From: a virus
Lineage: Duplodnaviria; Caudoviricetes
Virus record (IMG/VR): IMGVR_UViG_3300038608_000027
Coordinates: 1-59,369 of that record
DNA length: 59,369 nucleotides
Strand: one strand, 5' to 3'
The translations under genes were made by a program, and so were the position numbers. Shown piece by piece: positions 55,401 through 59,369 of the stretch. Below the pieces are notes generated by a model, which was given only the letters and a program-made list of their open reading frames with translations, made no database searches and was not told where the DNA came from. Every line of letters begins with the position of its first letter. Within the stretch, counting starts at the first letter, position 1.

Positions 55401-57582
55401 ATCCTTTGTTTATAGGAAATATTTTTCTTCCAGAACCATCCGGCATATTGGTTTTAATAGCTAAACGACCATTTTTATCATAAATGATTTTACCTGTATA
55501 TTCCTCAACTCCTATACCTAACCCTGGCATTGTTTTTGAAACTTTATCCCCATGTTTTAATCCGGTAGCTTTCTCTGCTTCTTTGTTGTATTCCGTTACT
55601 TTATTCTTATATCGTTTAAGTTGCTCCTTATAAATATCATCTGCGATTTTTACTTGTTCAGAAGTCATGTCGTTTTTATATTTGGGTAAATTATTTCTAG
55701 TAACTTGCAATTCCTCATCAGCCATTTTAGCTAATGTTTTTTCAGGCATAACAGTCGCTTTTTCTTTTACCGCTTTTGGTTTTTCCATTTTAGATGGAAC
55801 AATTTTTTCTGCTTCCGCTTTTGGCGGAATATAACCAGGCATAGCCTTCGCCGCCTCCGCCTCCGCCGCGCGCACTACTTTACTACGCCAGGTTTCACCT
55901 TTTTTCAAGACAGCTCTTGAACCAGTGGAGAAAGCCTTTTGATAATGCAAATCCAGTGCTTTTTCTTCTGTTATTGCGGGATTCCAAAACCTTTCTGCTT
56001 CGATAAGGCGTTCCCTGTGAGTTTTAACTTCTTCATCGAGGACGGCTAACTTTTCTGCCCAGGTGTTAAATTTGGGCATTTCTTTTTGAGACATTCCTCC
56101 TATAGTTTTTATTTCACCTTTAATTTCATCTGGAGGTTTTTTAGGTAATTCCGCTTTTGGTTTTTCCATTTTTGGCACTTCCGCAGGCAATGGTTTATAA
56201 GGCTTAATCTTTGAAACAGGTTTTTCTTTTGGAACAGGTACTTCTTTAGCTAATGTTTTTTCAGGTATGACAGCTACTTTTTCTTTTACCTGTTTTGGTT
56301 CAACCTTTACTTTCCACCGAGAAGTAAGTTCTTCTTGTTCTTTTGCTAATTTCGCTAATTTACTACGCCAAGAAGTTTCGCCCTTTTTTAAAACTGTACC
56401 CAAAAAAACTTTTCTATAATGCAAATCCAATGCTTCTTCTTCTGAAATTTTGGGATTGAGAGATCTTGCTTCTGCAATAATTCTTTCTCTATGATTTTTA
56501 ACTTCATCATCAAGAACAGCTAATGTTTTTTTGTAAGAATTAATTTTACCTAGAGATTCTTTAGATAATATCGGTTTTGGTTTAACTATTTTAGATGGAA
56601 CAATAGGTAATTCCGCTTTTGGCACTTCCGCAGGCAATGGCTCGTAAGGTTTAATTACCTGTTTTCCACCGATAGGTATGGACTTGGCCGTCGGCCCCGG
56701 CTTCCAGGCAGCCCTATATTTTTTACCTTCTCCCGGTAGTGCAGGTAACGCTATATTAGGCCGCCTATGTTGCGCAAGAGGAGTAACCGTTTCTGGTATA
56801 GGTAACTCTACCTTTGGCATTTTCATCCTCGCATACGCCGCCATAGCAGCTTTTCCTAATGCCCCTAACGCTACATCACCGACACCAAATAACACTGCGT
56901 CAAGAGCGGCTTGCTTAGCGATTTCTTGAGGTGACTTGTCTTCAAGTGCAGCCAAGCCGCCACCATAAATACCGCCCGAAACAGCTCCGGGCAATGCACT
57001 GCGTCCGAGTTTGGCAGCCAGACCGGTTGCAGCCTTGGGAATTAATCCGGCAGCGTACTTGCCAGCCGTTCCATAGAGGCCACTTATTGGCAGCATCATA
57101 CCGCCTAATTCGCCAGCCGTTTCCCATCCGGCGTATTTTTCTTCGGGAGGCAATGCCAACGGATGCGGTTCTTGATATTGAAGAAATTCCGGCCTTATTT
57201 TGCCTTTTTCAAATGCTTTTTGTTCACTTATTTTCATTATTCTTTCAAGAACAGGAGTTATGCCCGTTGCTTTGCTTACACCAGAAGCTATCGAAGTAAT
57301 TGCTTTTTTAGGTGAAAACGGTTCGGGTCCTGCTGCCCATAATTCAAGGCCGGTTTTTAGCGGCACACGATATTGTGGCCCGGGCATAGCAACATCAATT
57401 GCTTGTTGCCATGCAGGGCGTTGACGTTGCAAAGCTACTTGTTCCTGTTCTCTTTTGGCTCTGGCATCCAATCCTTTATTAGGAGTAGCTTTAGGTTTTG
57501 GCCGTGTAACCGTTAGAGGTTCAGCCTCAAATTTTTGTTTACCTCTTTTTTCTATCCTATCAAGGGTATCCGTATAAGACAT
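52477..57582 (-). CDS. Large ejection/DNA-delivery protein (1701 aa) with internal repeats
   Basis: G/A-rich membrane-like segment, K/P/E-rich repeats, GYIPH and RTQFEYG...LFQFKKF pattern; last of three genes before lysis. Confidence 0.7.
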   Translation of the reverse strand: MSYTDTLDRIEKRGKQKFEAEPLTVTRPKPKATPNKGLDARAKREQEQVALQRQRPAWQQAIDVAMPGPQYRVPLKTGLELWAAGPEPFSPKKAITSIASGVSKATGITPVLERIMKISEQKAFEKGKIRPEFLQYQEPHPLALPPEEKYAGWETAGELGGMMLPISGLYGTAGKYAAGLIPKAATGLAAKLGRSALPGAVSGGIYGGGLAALEDKSPQEIAKQAALDAVLFGVGDVALGALGKAAMAAYARMKMPKVELPIPETVTPLAQHRRPNIALPALPGEGKKYRAAWKPGPTAKSIPIGGKQVIKPYEPLPAEVPKAELPIVPSKIVKPKPILSKESLGKINSYKKTLAVLDDEVKNHRERIIAEARSLNPKISEEEALDLHYRKVFLGTVLKKGETSWRSKLAKLAKEQEELTSRWKVKVEPKQVKEKVAVIPEKTLAKEVPVPKEKPVSKIKPYKPLPAEVPKMEKPKAELPKKPPDEIKGEIKTIGGMSQKEMPKFNTWAEKLAVLDEEVKTHRERLIEAERFWNPAITEEKALDLHYQKAFSTGSRAVLKKGETWRSKVVRAAEAEAAKAMPGYIPPKAEAEKIVPSKMEKPKAVKEKATVMPEKTLAKMADEELQVTRNNLPKYKNDMTSEQVKIADDIYKEQLKRYKNKVTEYNKEAEKATGLKHGDKVSKTMPGLGIGVEEYTGKIIYDKNGRLAIKTNMPDGSGRKIFPINKGWTKIEKPPTEKVSQEVKVKPKSVKEVPSGKKEITQPTEIPKKPVSKEEFQEKMLAAQEKRKLLEAEKVTSEKTKTPEDWEKILELEGLGEIKEIPSGSAKEVLEAKTVPKKKFTDDIEKRIAEEAAASEKTLKAYKLEDILKVDDTPEGPAMLYSGIPPEKVVESIKFATTKLADKLGIPSKEITIIKPEAARHPGLITQIKSPTQVAKKYTELKPTVDDGIMSQNIQERLRSIFDKRLNVIDKILNEGKAYIANKQTLHEILLTGDMLGKKFNPSELKQNFEANDAVIKAYQLTRLAYDHAHSIASRTRELRGKMPVNYREGYIPHYFHNWFIIVNGQVAGSAKTLREAVLRSNPLARQKGVKITIVPKQFEFPGGDVQAAVIGDMNYFKLKSNVSKAFSLSHEEAKELLSNVARMKGRSRFVGNFLQRKGTPGWENNLDWVNRHYFNMISRYAALDGFKARNITRFEKQFGAFDKEYKGIAKYIKEYINDVNGNPTAVEELLNSSIAKVPLVNQFFGKYLGSRPSLQIASATTNAVAVAKLGLYNLSPALINTSQLLNTNALLGAKWTAIGIKKAISPSLAERGILKQIGVDIQLGLESGAGYSKAAQIGKGFNKTLVLFLTAEKFLRRTTGLGSYYKALAEGKTRKQAIEYAKETIQRTQFEYGIADAPAFIRRTGPVGQVLFQFKKFPVKELEFMSSLKGMEHVRFWMPWLLVSGYYGIPLVEPMKNTVKSLFNIDLESELKKHLMEWAGEDKERQTAAKTIMYGISHKAGIDASRRIGAGDFVPGELRDITGPTISTIVRTAQMAAKGNWIETIRAIAPMPGNIALAAFNEGEITDPWNRERVKIRLKPKERAVKATGFMPIRESIERDVKSVIGYTERKRQETEKQVIDDFIKTMKKYKTASPGEEKTQALKELKEEAVRLRELNITPERIVNEIKKKKMTPIQRAITNVPRKQQKEYVDILKFAKST

Positions 57583-57584
57583 AA

Positions 57585-58814
57585 TTACAAGGCCCCCAAT
57601 GCTTCAGTTAATTGATTTATATCTGTATCGTCTAATCCTTTTCTGACTAATGATTCATAAGCAGGTTTTAAATTTGCTTGTCTTGGTGCAGAGAAAAACT
57701 CTTTGGGGGTTTTTCTGGCAACAATGCGTATAAGAGCGTCAACAGCACTTCTTGTATCTACTCCGCTTTCCATAGCGTCCTTGACCCATTCAGGGTCGTT
57801 TAACATTGAATTAACTGCATAATATAAAGGATACTTTCTCTTACCTACCAATTCCTTATAGCGATTTAAACCAGCTTCTAAATAGGTTTTTGTTGCTAAT
57901 TGCTTACGTTCTCCAGCGGTTAAGGCTTTACCGCTGCTTCCGGCGGCAGCTTGTTTTTGTGCACTGGCAGCCAGGTTTGCTATCTGGCTTTGCGCGTCCC
58001 AACTAGGTTGACCGGTTTCAGGATCAATACCGGTTATATCGGCAATAGTTTTTCTTTTGGTTAATGCGTTCAGCATTGCCTGTTGTCTGGCTTCATCCAT
58101 TCTTGTTCTTTGTCCGAAGGTTATGTCCTCTGGACGCTGGCTGCCCTGATAAGCACTAATAGCCTGGGCTAGTAACGGAGCGTCGGCAAAAGCATTATAC
58201 CGTCTCACTTCCTCACCATAGCGGGGTATTCCGCTGGCCGGCCTGGGAGGAGGTGCACTAAGTTTTTGAAGAATATCAACCAGGTTTGCTTGGGCTTGTC
58301 TTGCTCCCTGCTCATATCTGGGTTGGTTGAATTGCTGTGTCAAGGGTTCATTAGCCAGTCTTTTTCTTTTTACTTCTCTGAAGTAGTCTAAATTTGATAA
58401 CATAGGGACGCTATACCCCCTTTTTGGATAATTCGTTGGTTGTTGTTCACGACTGCCGCCACGGGATAATCCCTGGCCTCCAAGGTAGGATTTATATGCT
58501 CCGGTATTATATGCCGTCCACGCTCCCAAGCCCTGGCTTTTATATACCTGAGACGCAGCGTAGGCATTATTATCCGGGTCTTGCAGCCAGTTTACCCAGT
58601 CTTGCCGGTTAGATGATCCTGTCCATTTTTTTAATTTGTCCGCGTGGGACGGCAGGTGAATTTGAAAAAGCCCTACGCTTCCGCCAAGGTTTTTATCGCC
58701 TAATGCTTTAGGGTTGTAATTGCTCTCCGCACCGGCTACGGCCCCTAGAATATTCGCCTGGTTTGCAGGAACGCCATAACCTATTAGCTTTTGGACAATA
58801 TCAGTTACTGCCAC
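57585..58814 (-). CDS. Ejection protein with an N-terminal lytic transglycosylase (SLT-like) domain
   Basis: AGAESNYNPKA...SVGLFQI...DPDNNA...GLGAWTAY. Confidence 0.8.
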   Translation of the reverse strand: MAVTDIVQKLIGYGVPANQANILGAVAGAESNYNPKALGDKNLGGSVGLFQIHLPSHADKLKKWTGSSNRQDWVNWLQDPDNNAYAASQVYKSQGLGAWTAYNTGAYKSYLGGQGLSRGGSREQQPTNYPKRGYSVPMLSNLDYFREVKRKRLANEPLTQQFNQPRYEQGARQAQANLVDILQKLSAPPPRPASGIPRYGEEVRRYNAFADAPLLAQAISAYQGSQRPEDITFGQRTRMDEARQQAMLNALTKRKTIADITGIDPETGQPSWDAQSQIANLAASAQKQAAAGSSGKALTAGERKQLATKTYLEAGLNRYKELVGKRKYPLYYAVNSMLNDPEWVKDAMESGVDTRSAVDALIRIVARKTPKEFFSAPRQANLKPAYESLVRKGLDDTDINQLTEALGAL

Positions 58815-58826
58815 CCAAAGCCCCTC

Positions 58827-59369
58827 CTATCCATACAGTAGTGGGTTTAATAAATCCATCATACCTTGCTGCTGGAATTGATTTGCCCCTAGACCCATAC
58901 CGGCCAGTCCCATCCCTTGACTCCATTTTCTTGCTTGTTCAGCAAGGGCTTGCTGCTGTGCTTGTTGTCTTAAGGCTGCTAATTGGTTGCTTTGCAACAT
59001 ACCTCTTCTTTGCTCATAAGCGCCTCGCTGTCTGCCTATATCCGATTGCGAGGCGGCCAGCATATTAGCTATTGAGGCTAATCTAGCCGCTTTTTCAGCT
59101 TCTTGCTGTTGCTGTTGGGCATAGATAGGCTTCTCTACTTGAGCCGTACGCCAGTCAACCACACCACTACGGCCTGCACCTCTACTTATAGCACTCTCTA
59201 AAGCTGCCCGTCTCGCCTCATCTAACATTTGTTTAGTTCTTTCACCAAGGCCGGCATAAGCTGCCTCAATATCCCCACGTGCCGTTTGTGCTCCCGCTTC
59301 TTCTTGTCCCCATCTCGTATCCAATGCCGAAAGATAAGGGTTAATTTCTAAATCAGCGTACTGTCCGGC
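58827..59369 (-). CDS. 3' part of the junction-spanning ejection protein (continues from 620..1)
   Basis: Q/A-rich helical region, SRGAGRSG motif; in frame across the overlap. Confidence 0.8.
   Translation of the reverse strand, partial: AGQYADLEINPYLSALDTRWGQEEAGAQTARGDIEAAYAGLGERTKQMLDEARRAALESAISRGAGRSGVVDWRTAQVEKPIYAQQQQQEAEKAARLASIANMLAASQSDIGRQRGAYEQRRGMLQSNQLAALRQQAQQQALAEQARKWSQGMGLAGMGLGANQFQQQGMMDLLNPLLYG
59263..59369. repeat. Terminal direct repeat, right copy
   Basis: Identical to 1..107. Confidence 0.97.

Noticed and set aside
50195-59369. Genome-wide TAG recoding
   Set aside because: Structural genes are uninterrupted in the standard code and several genes end in TAG; only the amidase has an internal amber.

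Overview
This window is an apparently complete, circularly assembled ~59.26 kb genome of a tailed phage. Bases 1-107 equal bases 59263-59369, and one ORF runs across that junction. The architecture is podovirus-like: terminases, portal, scaffold, capsid, adaptor, nozzle, fibre and three putative ejection proteins, with no tape measure. The host is probably a Firmicute, likely Clostridia (inferred from GGAGG RBSs, sigmaA-type promoters and copper-amine-oxidase-N domains). Nearly all genes are on the minus strand. The main feature is an ~10 kb, 11-gene nonulosonic acid (legionaminic-acid-type) sugar cluster between terS and terL. A separate Maf/sialyltransferase-like gene sits among Ser/Thr-rich head genes, which suggests a phage-encoded virion glycosylation system (inference). 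Other notable items: an 81-nt IS200/IS605-end-like element inserted in frame after TTAC in two sugar genes; an amidase with an in-frame amber codon in its Zn motif, next to a papain-like protease; repeated pseudoknot-like leaders; an origin with two perfect DnaA boxes; a TnpB element; and a motif shared by the ejection proteins. All calls come from reading motifs by eye; no searches were run.
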